Below the pieces are notes generated by a model. The model was not told where the DNA came from and searched no databases. It saw only the letters and a program-made list of their open reading frames with translations. A DNA stretch of 64,000 nucleotides from an uncultured Nitrososphaerota archaeon (GTDB taxonomy: Archaea; Thermoproteota; Nitrososphaeria; Nitrososphaerales; Nitrosopumilaceae), in contig OY969559.1 in assembly GCA_963701075.1 (NCBI GenBank), positions 352,001 through 416,000 on the forward strand, in the 5' to 3' direction. Shown here piece by piece: positions 10,337 to 19,291 of this stretch. Each line of letters opens with the position of its first letter. Positions within the stretch are counted from its first letter, which is position 1. The position numbers and the translations under genes were made by a program.

Positions 10337-11660
10337 ATGTCACGTATATCACCACGTGTTGCTTACAATGAGGTATTATCGCTGCTCAAGACACATAACC
10401 AATGGTTTGCAAATTCGATTCCATTAATTGCAAGTGAGAACATTCCAAGCCCCGCAGTTAGGGAAGCAATTGCTTCTGACTTTGCAAATAGATATGCAGA
10501 AGGTTGGCCGGGTGAACGTGTCTATGCTGGATGCACCTACATAGACAAGGTAGAGTTTAGGTGCATGGAACTTGCCCAGAGGTTATTCAAGGCAGAGTTT
10601 GTTGATGTAAGGCCAATCTCTGGTGTTGTTGCTAACTTGGCAATCTATTCTGCATTTACCAATCCAGGAGATGTAATGCTTGCACCGTCGATTCCATCTG
10701 GCGGCCATATATCACATGGCAAGAAGGAACATGCAGGTACTGCAGGACTTGTCCATGGACTAGATATCGAGTTTTATCCATTTGATGCCGAAGAGATGAC
10801 AATTGATGTGGACAAGACAAAGCAAAAGGTGCAAGAACTTGAAAAGGCAGGCAAGACCCCAAAGCTTGCTATGTTTGGTGGCTCGGTCTTTTTGTTCCCT
10901 CATCCAGTAAAGGAACTAGCAGATTTTCTCAAAAGTTACAAGATGTTCATAAATTATGATGGAGCACATGTTGCAGGACTAATTGCAGGCGGCCAGTTCC
11001 AAGAATCCTCTCAGAGAGGGTGCTGATGCAATGACCATGAGCACCCACAAGACCTTGTTTGGTCCTCAGGGAGGTATGATATGTTCATTTGACAAGTATA
11101 GTGACGAAATCAAAAAGGCAACTTTTCCAGGAATGACAAGCAATCATCATTTGCACCACATGGCTGGAAAGGCCATTGCGTTTGCAGAGATGCTAGAATT
11201 TGGCAAAAAATATGCAGTCCAAGTAGTCAAGAATGCAAAGGCCCTAGCAGAAGCCTTGAGCTCATCTGGTTTTATGGTACTTGGAGAGAAACGAGGATTT
11301 ACAAAATCACATCAAATTGTAGTAAATGTTCTTTCATTTGGAGACGGTGGCACCATTGAAGCTGATCTAGAAAAAGCAAACATCATCATAAACAGACAGC
11401 TTATTCCTGGGGATATCAAGGCAGGACGTAACTACTTCCACCCTGGCGGCATGCGACTTGGGGTTGCCGAACTAACAAGACTTGGCATGAAAGAATCTCA
11501 AATGAGGCAGGTTGCAGAATTTATCAAAAATGTAGTTGTTGATAAAAAAGACAAAAAGAAGATTGCACTAGAGGTCAAGCAGTTTAGAAAAAAATTCCAG
11601 AAGGTTCACTATTGCTTTGAGAGCAAGATTGGCGGATACGACTATGTCAAGATTCGTTAG
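10337..11660 (+). CDS. glyA: Serine hydroxymethyltransferase; apparent frameshift at ~11003
   Basis: LIASEN, RYAEG, GGHISH, DGAHVAGLIAG, STHKTLFGPQGG (PLP Lys); split over two ORFs. Confidence 0.96.
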
Positions 11661-14600
11661 GCGTAATCTGTAAGCAAGGCCTGGCTACCATCTTCTTTAC
11701 CAAATACAAGTTCAAGCTCGTCAAGTAAAGAGAGGACCCTGCCTCTCAGGTATGGCTCAATTCTATACTTGCCAAGCATTCTTTTTGCAAGCTTGAGATA
11801 TTTTTGAACAGACGGCCTTGTCATTGTTTGAATGAGTTTGTTTTCACACTCTAGACATTTTCCTGCAAGAGGAATTCTTCTATAACTTGCACCGCATGAC
11901 GTACACCTAAATGATTGGCCTGAATATGCCCTAAGGTTTCCCATGATGTCAGGCAAAAGGTGGGTGGTCATTACCATAGAGACCACCTCGCTTGGGTCTA
12001 CCGCATTGATAATATCTGCAGTCCTAATTTGCATGTCTAGTTTTTCAAGAAGTGATCCTAGCGTAGAATATGCGCTGCGCGATTTTGATGTGGTAAGGGT
12101 GCTGGTACTGTGCGTGAATCCATAGCCATAGAATTGTCTTTCAGTCTCCAGCCTTGATTTTAGAATTTCAACGCCTTTTATCTCACTTGCTTTTTCTTTT
12201 TGTAGCGTCGCCTCAAAAAATGACAGAGGGTAGCTGTTTGCTATCTCAAAGTTGTGAGCTTGTCTTTGGACTTCTTGCGGTATAACGATTGGCTGCACAA
12301 GCAGTGGTGCATCCATCAGCCCTCCAATTCTGTCAGACAGAAACAATCTTGAAAAGTTAAGCAGGCTGTCCATCAATAGCATGATCGAGTCTGCGTCACC
12401 ATCGGCATCCCTTCTTTTTGCCGAGTGCCACACGGCAGTACCAAGACAGACTTGGGTATTGGTATAGCCAATGATTCTTCCCACAATTCCAACAGATGTG
12501 TGCGGCGCAAGCCCAATTATCAGGTGACCGACCAAGTCATCGGTCTTTTTTGCATTATAGTATGTAGGATGGGCAAATAATTTTACAAGTTCCCTGTCCA
12601 AATATTGGCAAACTAGAACCAAGATTTCTCCACACTCTCTTGGAATTATGACATCCTGAGTTTTCAACTCAATTAGCTGGTCTTGGTTTACAAGCGGTTT
12701 GCCTTCAGTATCATGTGTATATCCAAGCTCTACAAGTTTCTCAGGTGTTGTGCCAATCCATGACGGCTTGAAGTGTGAGAGGGGTGCGTTTGTTGCATCG
12801 AATCTGATTGTGCCGTCCTTGAATACATTAAGATTCAAGCTCTGTCGTATGAGCCCTTTTTCCAGTGGCTCTGGCACGCGGTCTTGGTTGATAAGTTCCC
12901 TTACTCCCTTGAATGGTTCCTGAGCCCTAACGCCTGTTCTTTCCTGTGCAGAATACAACAGTTCCTTGAGGGGAAATGCGCGATATGAGTGAGCTGACGC
13001 CCTAACCTTACACTTGGGGCAGCGAGCCTCTTCTAGCTCATCGCGACATTTTGGACAGACAAATGTTACAACAGTCTTGGTCTTGCATCGCTGGCATATT
13101 ATACTAATTGAAGGCAGATTGCAGTTTTTGCACATTCTGTTATTGATGTTGCAGTAAAAGTTGGGTTGTTTTATTGCCTTGAGAAGATCGCGTGATGCAC
13201 CACCCTTACTTCCAACCGGAAAGAGTGTATGCACTGGAGGCTTCATCTTTCTAAGTGATGCCTTTTCAGGCCTGCCGACCCTTACACCTACTGCCGTTGA
13301 GAACTTGGGCCTTATCTTGATTCCTGATGAGATGGAGATTATTTCTGGAACTGACAGTGTCTTGTCCAATTGAATTGGCTTTCTAAAAAGCAAGTAAGAG
13401 AAAATTTTTGCCTCGTCGTCTTTTAGCATGATTGTGTCGCCTGCCAATTCGTGAGGCACGCCAAGTTTTTCCAAGATCTCTTTTATGTCTTTTTGATAAA
13501 CTATTAGATCTGATTCTATCTTGTCTGGATTGAGGATCTTTTCTAGTTCTTCAACTGTAATCTGGTCCCAATAATACAGATAGTGGGGGTGGAGTCCGAT
13601 TCCAAAGTTAAGTGATATTCTAAATGCCTCTTCAAGATCTGGAATCTTGTGTATGTTACTTAATAGATCAGGGTCGTCTGGTTCATACTTTGCAACCTTT
13701 TCTTTTAGTTCCTCAATCCAGAACTCCTCAACATATCCTGTTGGGACAAGCTCTGCGTTGTTCTCAAGAAAGTCGCCATAGCTTATGAGAATGTCTCCAA
13801 GATGTAGAATTTTTTCAATGTGAGGCTTTAACTGAATCCCGTGGGAGGTGTCCCTTATCTTGACTACATTTCCATTGTCTAGCCTGACAACTGGAGTATC
13901 AATTGAATCGACAAATGCAATAGTTGAGGCTTTTCCTGGGATGTCAAGTTTTATCTGGGTGCCAACTGCAATAACGTGATCTAAAATTTCTGCAACGACT
14001 GGATGAACCCCAACTGATGCAAAGCCTGTGTTGCATGCCCGTCCATATCGTAACCTAAACCCGCCAAGTTTTTTTGGCATCGAAAGAACAGACCTGCCAG
14101 TAATTACCTCTCTCATTCTATGTGCTGCTGCATCCTCGTCTCCAGTCTGGATGGCGCCCTTTAGGTCCTTGAGCCACTCCCAGCCATCTAACTTGAATAA
14201 ATCAATGAGTTTTAGCAGCTTGCGAGACCTGCCAATGAGCCCATCGTTGAGTACACGAAGTGCCCCTCCCCTAACTCTGTTGGTGTTTATTCTTACCATG
14301 TTTCTGTGACTTACAATCTCTACTGGATCGGTATCTATGCCGTTAAGCTCCACAGGAAGGTTGGAAATGGTAGTTATCACATCTTCATCAGGAACATGGA
14401 ACTGAAAGCTTCCTACTTCTCTCTCATAGAGACGTAATTCCTCTACAAATCGGCCCGTCTCATCATCGTAGGAGTTGGCTTTGTACTTGCCAAGTCCGGC
14501 AATTTTGCGTACATGGTCTGCAATAAGTATGGTAGATGCTGCTTCCGTACCCCCTGCAGAACGTATGGGTCCTGCAAATGATACTGACAGATAGTCAGAG

Positions 14601-15031
14601 CCATCGGCGTTCTTCTTTATCTTAACCTCACTTATTCCCTGAAGAGGGGCTATTGTCACGCCTTCAGTCACTATTGCAAGTCCCACACGCACCGCCAAGT
14701 CAAGCTTCTCTTGCAGCTCTGTCTCAGGACCGGAATACTTGCCCTGGGCTATCTCTTCTGCAAGTTTGAGTGCCGCTAGCTCCTTTGTTGTTGTCTGGAT
14801 GAGGTTTCGGAGATTTTCCGTGACGTCAATGTCGTGCATTTTGGATACTCGATCAGCCAAGTCAAACGCTATCTTGGGCTCCACCATTCCAGAGGAATCT
14901 GCCAGTGTAGCCTTTGCAGCGGCAGCTTTTTCAAAAATAGAAAAGACCTCATTTGATAGATTACTGTAATATTCAAAATATGACTCTGGCATTGGGACTT
15001 CCTTGAGTCTCAATGCAATATTTTCAGACAT
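11657..15031 (-). CDS. polC: DNA polymerase D large subunit DP2
   Basis: AGPIRSAGGT, GGFRLRYGR, GRPEKA, FKDGTIRFDATN, HSAKRRDADGDAD catalytic motif, Zn fingers. Confidence 0.97.
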   Translation of the reverse strand: MSENIALRLKEVPMPESYFEYYSNLSNEVFSIFEKAAAAKATLADSSGMVEPKIAFDLADRVSKMHDIDVTENLRNLIQTTTKELAALKLAEEIAQGKYSGPETELQEKLDLAVRVGLAIVTEGVTIAPLQGISEVKIKKNADGSDYLSVSFAGPIRSAGGTEAASTILIADHVRKIAGLGKYKANSYDDETGRFVEELRLYEREVGSFQFHVPDEDVITTISNLPVELNGIDTDPVEIVSHRNMVRINTNRVRGGALRVLNDGLIGRSRKLLKLIDLFKLDGWEWLKDLKGAIQTGDEDAAAHRMREVITGRSVLSMPKKLGGFRLRYGRACNTGFASVGVHPVVAEILDHVIAVGTQIKLDIPGKASTIAFVDSIDTPVVRLDNGNVVKIRDTSHGIQLKPHIEKILHLGDILISYGDFLENNAELVPTGYVEEFWIEELKEKVAKYEPDDPDLLSNIHKIPDLEEAFRISLNFGIGLHPHYLYYWDQITVEELEKILNPDKIESDLIVYQKDIKEILEKLGVPHELAGDTIMLKDDEAKIFSYLLFRKPIQLDKTLSVPEIISISSGIKIRPKFSTAVGVRVGRPEKASLRKMKPPVHTLFPVGSKGGASRDLLKAIKQPNFYCNINNRMCKNCNLPSISIICQRCKTKTVVTFVCPKCRDELEEARCPKCKVRASAHSYRAFPLKELLYSAQERTGVRAQEPFKGVRELINQDRVPEPLEKGLIRQSLNLNVFKDGTIRFDATNAPLSHFKPSWIGTTPEKLVELGYTHDTEGKPLVNQDQLIELKTQDVIIPRECGEILVLVCQYLDRELVKLFAHPTYYNAKKTDDLVGHLIIGLAPHTSVGIVGRIIGYTNTQVCLGTAVWHSAKRRDADGDADSIMLLMDSLLNFSRLFLSDRIGGLMDAPLLVQPIVIPQEVQRQAHNFEIANSYPLSFFEATLQKEKASEIKGVEILKSRLETERQFYGYGFTHSTSTLTTSKSRSAYSTLGSLLEKLDMQIRTADIINAVDPSEVVSMVMTTHLLPDIMGNLRAYSGQSFRCTSCGASYRRIPLAGKCLECENKLIQTMTRPSVQKYLKLAKRMLGKYRIEPYLRGRVLSLLDELELVFGKEDGSQALLTDYA

Positions 15032-15032
15032 G

Positions 15033-15782
15033 CTATTTCCTTACGGACTGGATGGTTTTTACTATATCTGCTATTGTTTTGAAACTTCCGCCTTTTTCAA
15101 TAAATGTGCCAATGACTATGGCGTCAGCACCTGCCTTTACGATCTCGCCAGCAGTATGGGTATTTCGAATTCCTCCACCAACTATGAGAAATCCCTTGAA
15201 GAGTTTTCTAACAGCTGCTACCATCTCTGGCCTGACGTTTGATTTTGCGCCAGAACCTGCTTCAAGATATACAAATCTCATACCCATGAATTGCGCGGAC
15301 AGGGCATACATGGCTGCCAAGCTTGGTTTGTCAAACGGGATGGTTCTTGCAGAACCGACATGCCATACTGTTGTGCCCTCACCGATTATGATATAGGCTG
15401 TTGGCAGAGGCTCGAGGCCAAATCTAAGTACATTTGGAGCCCCCAATGCCTGAGCTTGAGAGATAAAGTATGGGTTATCAGAGTTCAATAGAGAGCTGAA
15501 CAATATGGCATCTGCTCCAGGAACAACGCCCGTAACATTTCCTGGAAATAGTATCACGGGAATCTTGACAGATCTTTTGATGTTTTTGACGGTTTCTGTC
15601 ATGGCTATCTGGTCAGTTGCAGATGAACCTCCAACCAGAATGATTGAGGCGCCACTTTTTTCTGCATCCTTGGCAAGCTGTGATGCAGAATTTTTTCCGT
15701 CATTTTCAGAGTCAATTAATACGAAGAGTAAAGCCCCTTTCTTCTTTCTGGAGGCGTTTAGGTATCTTTCTACATTTTGCAT
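15033..15782 (-). CDS. Geranylgeranylglyceryl phosphate synthase (GGGPS)
   Basis: LID, VGGS, ILFPG, SLLNS, YLEAGSGA, VGGGIR motifs. Confidence 0.93.
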   Translation of the reverse strand: MQNVERYLNASRKKKGALLFVLIDSENDGKNSASQLAKDAEKSGASIILVGGSSATDQIAMTETVKNIKRSVKIPVILFPGNVTGVVPGADAILFSSLLNSDNPYFISQAQALGAPNVLRFGLEPLPTAYIIIGEGTTVWHVGSARTIPFDKPSLAAMYALSAQFMGMRFVYLEAGSGAKSNVRPEMVAAVRKLFKGFLIVGGGIRNTHTAGEIVKAGADAIVIGTFIEKGGSFKTIADIVKTIQSVRK

Positions 15783-15846
15783 ATGACTGGTTGATAACTA
15801 TTCGTTAAAAGTTTAATTGAATAAAGTTATACAGATATGTATAGCT

Positions 15847-16209
15847 TTGAGCACACTTCCAGACGATAATTTGAATAATATAATAAAACAAATTATAAAA
15901 AAATCATCGTTTACAGAGCGCCAAATTGAAATTATTTTAAAAAGGCGGAACCTATCAGACTCGCAGTTTACCATAACTAAGGGGGCTTTCTACAGGCAGG
16001 TTGGGCAGTCTCAGGAGAAGTTCCAGGCGTTATGCTATTCTTGGATACTGCTCAAATCGCTAGGCATTCTTCGTGAAGAGGATATGGATGTGATAAATCG
16101 CCTCTCAGAGCAGGTTTCTGTGATAAAAAATAGTGATGTTTTTCCTGAACGTGAGGAACAAGTCATCACTGTGATACAAGAGTTACTAGCACGAATGTGT
16201 AAACTGTGA
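15847..16209 (+). CDS. Conserved hypothetical protein with putative HTH
   Basis: SSFTERQIEII...ITKGAFYRQVGQ resembles a terminal HTH; divergent from GGGPS. Confidence 0.65.
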   Translation: MSTLPDDNLNNIIKQIIKKSSFTERQIEIILKRRNLSDSQFTITKGAFYRQVGQSQEKFQALCYSWILLKSLGILREEDMDVINRLSEQVSVIKNSDVFPEREEQVITVIQELLARMCKL

Positions 16210-16442
16210 TTTTTTATGCGTGTGAACATGTTTGCACGAATAATTTGTGATAAATGTATTTATGATTGATGTGCATTGTGTAAAATTATTTTACTCGAAC
16301 ATGATAAATCACATTAGCTTATGATATGTAGTGATGTTAGTAGACATAGACGTAGAAACGATTTTGGGCGTGATAGTCTCGTTTGTGATTGGTGTTGTAT
16401 GCATAGCAGTATACAACAAAGTTAAACCACGTCTAGGTTCAC
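16073..16442. repeat. Dense array of GTGA/TCAC (core TGTGAT) motifs
   Basis: TGTGAT at 16089, 16119, 16170, 16205, 16246, 16384 and ATCACA at 16308; 15 GTGA/TCAC in ~370 bp by manual count. Confidence 0.6.
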
Positions 16443-16891
16443 AGAGTAACGATCTAAAAATTTTGGTAGAACGACTGCAATATTATGAAAATTTACTAAT
16501 AGATATGAAAATAAAGTTAGATTCATTAGAACTGGCCAAAGAACCTGAAGAACTTGTGCAGGCACAGATTCCAAAGCCAAAGGAGCAGAAGCAAGAGCCG
16601 GCCATAGTCATGGAGGTAAAAGAGGAGAAACCAAAGGAAAGAGTACACAATATGAGTTTTGGAAGCGCGATAGAGTATGTACTGCGATTAATCACAGAAA
16701 AACCCATGACATCACGTGACATCCAGGTCACAATAGGAAGGACCCGGGAACATACATCACGCATGATGAAGAAGCTCTTTGAGGAGGGTTTGGTTGAACG
16801 AGACATGCGGACAAAGCCCTTTACTTACAAGATAACTGAAAAAGGGCTCATTAGGATAGGGTCGCTAAAGGCTCCAACAGTAGAAAGCTAG
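16331..16891 (+). CDS. Membrane-anchored winged-helix (MarR-like) protein: TM - coiled coil - linker - wHTH
   Basis: TM ILGVIVSFVIGVVCIAVY; heptads LQYYENLLIDMKIKLDSLEL; wHTH MTSRDIQVTIGRTREHTSRMMKKLFEEGLVER...YKITEKG. Confidence 0.85.
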   Translation: MMLVDIDVETILGVIVSFVIGVVCIAVYNKVKPRLGSQSNDLKILVERLQYYENLLIDMKIKLDSLELAKEPEELVQAQIPKPKEQKQEPAIVMEVKEEKPKERVHNMSFGSAIEYVLRLITEKPMTSRDIQVTIGRTREHTSRMMKKLFEEGLVERDMRTKPFTYKITEKGLIRIGSLKAPTVES

Positions 16892-17062
16892 TAGGGTTTT
16901 GATCCTGGTCTGATCAGGTTCTTTGATTCTTGTTTAGAAGTATTTTGATTGCTACAAAACCATCCAAATGGGTTTTTGGGTCAAAAATAGAGAAAAATTA
17001 GCATAAATTATTAATCTTATTTTATTATAAAATCTTAAATTATTGAACTTATAATAAATGGT

Positions 17063-17218
17063 ATGTCAGGCGTGGAACAGCTCATAAAGATTACCTCTGC
17101 AGGCACAATCTCAATCCCGAAGGACTTTAGGAGATATCTTGACCTTCAGAAGGGAGATTATGTTAAGGTAACAGTCGAGGGGGATCGTTTGGTTGTCAAA
17201 AAGGCAACAATTTCCTAA
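17063..17218 (+). CDS. AbrB/MazE/SpoVT-family DNA-binding protein (51 aa)
   Basis: Manual translation MSGVEQLIKITSAGTISIPKDFRRYLDLQKGDYVKVTVEGDRLVVKKATIS*; below the ORF-track cutoff. Confidence 0.88.
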   Translation: MSGVEQLIKITSAGTISIPKDFRRYLDLQKGDYVKVTVEGDRLVVKKATIS

Positions 17219-17610
17219 GTCGTAGGCCGTTCTCTTTGGGCTAGTTTGAGTATCTGGTAACTCCATTCCTTTCCGTTTCTCTCTCTTCCAACTCTTCCTT
17301 TAAGAGCAAACCTTGAGAGGTATGTGGATATCACACTTAGTTTAATTGGCTCCTCATACTCGTCCTCATATTTTTCAAGGATCATTGAAGAGGTAAACTT
17401 GCCCATTGGGAAGTGCTTGTCCACAATATTCCATATTTTGGCCCTAATGGTATCAAGGTGTACTGATTCCTCTGGCTCCTCTATATTCATCAAATCCATT
17501 AACTCGAATATCTTTAGCATCTTTTCACGGGTAACATTGCCCTCTAGGCTAAGGTTGTACTTGGCGCCTTCTGCATCTTCTAGGTCTATTCGTATTCGTT
17601 TTCGGGCCAT
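17215..17610 (-). CDS. Hypothetical protein with N-terminal beta module and C-terminal winged helix
   Basis: FTSSMILEKYEDEYEEPIKLSVISTYLSRFALKGRVGRERNGKEWSY fits a wHTH; divergent from cdc6 across the origin. Confidence 0.75.
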   Translation of the reverse strand: MARKRIRIDLEDAEGAKYNLSLEGNVTREKMLKIFELMDLMNIEEPEESVHLDTIRAKIWNIVDKHFPMGKFTSSMILEKYEDEYEEPIKLSVISTYLSRFALKGRVGRERNGKEWSYQILKLAQRERPTT

Positions 17611-17764
17611 TGTGATCGATCAGGTTAACACCTTAACACTTGAACAGATCATAGAAGAATTGTTAACAATCAAGTTTGTTAACATTCACTGCGTAACCCA
17701 GGCGTGGGCACTTTTCCCATCTTAACAGGCTTCCCCTTGCTTTTATCCAAAGGTAGGCCAAAAC

Positions 17765-17790
17765 CATGCCTAGAGTGGAAATAAAGGGGT
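17765..17790 (+). repeat. Origin recognition box (ORB) copy 1
   Basis: CATGCCTAGAGTGGAAATAAAGGGGT; resembles the archaeal ORB (..CAGTGGAAA..AAAGGGG) with G-string. Confidence 0.88.
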
Positions 17791-17826
17791 CCATTTAGGC
17801 ATATTAACAATGTTAAGGACCATCTT

Positions 17827-17852
17827 CATGCCTAGAGTGGAAATAAAGGGGT
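17827..17852 (+). repeat. Origin recognition box (ORB) copy 2
   Basis: Identical 26-mer, 62 bp after copy 1. Confidence 0.88.
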
Positions 17853-17925
17853 TATTTTGGGCTTTTCGTGGCTCTATCTTAACACCAACTTCACTGATTG
17901 TTAACCAGTTCTAGGAATACCCACA

Positions 17926-17945
17926 CACCTATTCTTCCACTCTAG
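17926..17945 (-). repeat. Inverted ORB-like element
   Basis: Reverse complement CTAGAGTGGAAGAATAGGTG shares the 11-bp core CTAGAGTGGAA. Confidence 0.75.
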
Positions 17946-18082
17946 CTTTATTAAAAATAATTTTTTTAAGAAAATAAAAATAATTAATGATATACTAAAT
18001 TTGAATTAGTTATTCTGTTCTAATCTAATTAGTATGGTAGAGTCCATATGTGGACAGAGAAGAAACGATGGTGTGTGGGTTG

Positions 18083-19291
18083 ATGACACGAGATCCAATT
18101 GATAAATTACTTGATGATGCAGCAAGCGGCAAATCATTATTCAAGAATAGAGAGGTATTGCATTTTACATTCATACCAGACATGGTACTGCATAGAGATG
18201 ACGAACAAAAAAAAGTTACCCAGTCACTTATTCCATTATTGAAAAAAGCTAGGCCATCAAACCTATTGATATATGGAAAGCCAGGCACGGGCAAGACACT
18301 GGTTGTAAAAAAAGTACTAGACAAGATCCAAGAGCGGGTCAAGGACGGCTCATTTCCAATACAACTACTATATGCAAATGCAAAAGAAGAGACCACACTA
18401 TACGGCCTTTTGGTAAAATTTGGCCGCCAGTTGGGGCTTGCATCACAAAAGGAGCTACCGACAACCGGACTATCAATCAGTGAAGTCTTCAATAGGCTAA
18501 TAACAGTAATCGAAAAGAATGCCCTCAATACAGTCTTCGTAGTAGATGAGATTGATTATCTGGCAGAACTAGTATCAAAGACAGGAAAGGATGTCTTTTA
18601 TTCATTAACACGAGCAAATGAGAGACTGAAAAAGGGCTCACTTACCTTGATTGGCATATCAAACGACCTGACATTCAAAGAAAGGCTAGACCCACGAGTT
18701 CTAAGCAGCCTAAGTGAGGAAGAGGTTGTCTTTACCAACTATACAGTTAACCAGATCAAAGAGATATTGATAGACAGAATCAAGGAAGCCTTTATTCCAA
18801 ATATAGTGGACCCGGCAGCCCTGAATCTGTGCGCTGCAATGTCAGGCCAGGAACATGGCGATGCCAGGCGGGCAATAGACCTACTTCGTGTGGCAGGCGA
18901 GATAGCAGAACGAGAGCAGTCTGATATTGTAAAAGAAGACCACATTCGCAGAGCATCATTGAAGATGGAAGAGGATAAGGAGACAACAGCACTCAACTCA
19001 TATCCCCTCCATGAAAAATTACTCATACTTGCAGTAATGAAGGCAAACGGCAACAGTACAGGTGAGATATACCAGTCCTACAAGAATCTCTGCAAGGTTA
19101 CTAGACAGAAGGAGCTCACACAGCGCAGAATAACCCAAATGCTAAGTGAGATTGAGATGACAGGGCTAATCTCAGGCAAGATAATCCACCAGGGCATGCA
19201 TGGAAGAACAAAGAAATTTGCTTTGACACTAAATCCAGATACTGTAAAAAAGGCATTCAAGGAAGACTTGGCCCTAGAAGATCTTCTGTAA
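18083..19291 (+). CDS. cdc6: Orc1/Cdc6 replication initiator
   Basis: LHRD, YGKPGTGKT, VVDEID, LIGISND, GDARRAIDLLR, C-terminal wHTH. Confidence 0.96.
   Translation: MTRDPIDKLLDDAASGKSLFKNREVLHFTFIPDMVLHRDDEQKKVTQSLIPLLKKARPSNLLIYGKPGTGKTLVVKKVLDKIQERVKDGSFPIQLLYANAKEETTLYGLLVKFGRQLGLASQKELPTTGLSISEVFNRLITVIEKNALNTVFVVDEIDYLAELVSKTGKDVFYSLTRANERLKKGSLTLIGISNDLTFKERLDPRVLSSLSEEEVVFTNYTVNQIKEILIDRIKEAFIPNIVDPAALNLCAAMSGQEHGDARRAIDLLRVAGEIAEREQSDIVKEDHIRRASLKMEEDKETTALNSYPLHEKLLILAVMKANGNSTGEIYQSYKNLCKVTRQKELTQRRITQMLSEIEMTGLISGKIIHQGMHGRTKKFALTLNPDTVKKAFKEDLALEDLL

Larger units (their letters stand above)
17611..18049. other. oriC: Chromosomal replication origin (oriC)
   Basis: Non-coding gap directly upstream of cdc6, with two identical ORBs, one inverted ORB core and a very AT-rich tract at ~17946-18030. 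Confidence 0.88.

Noticed and set aside
6111-11660. Pseudogenisation or programmed frameshifting of GINS, glnA, thermosome and glyA
   Set aside because: Core genes with otherwise intact motifs and no slippery heptamers; the breaks share an AGCT/GATC context, which sequencing error explains better
11657-15031. Intein in DP2
   Set aside because: The length (1124 aa) is normal and no intein splice or LAGLIDADG motifs are visible
17765-17852. Two identical 26-bp repeats with a 36-bp spacer as a mini-CRISPR
   Set aside because: Only two units and no cas genes; the sequence and position upstream of cdc6 match origin recognition boxes
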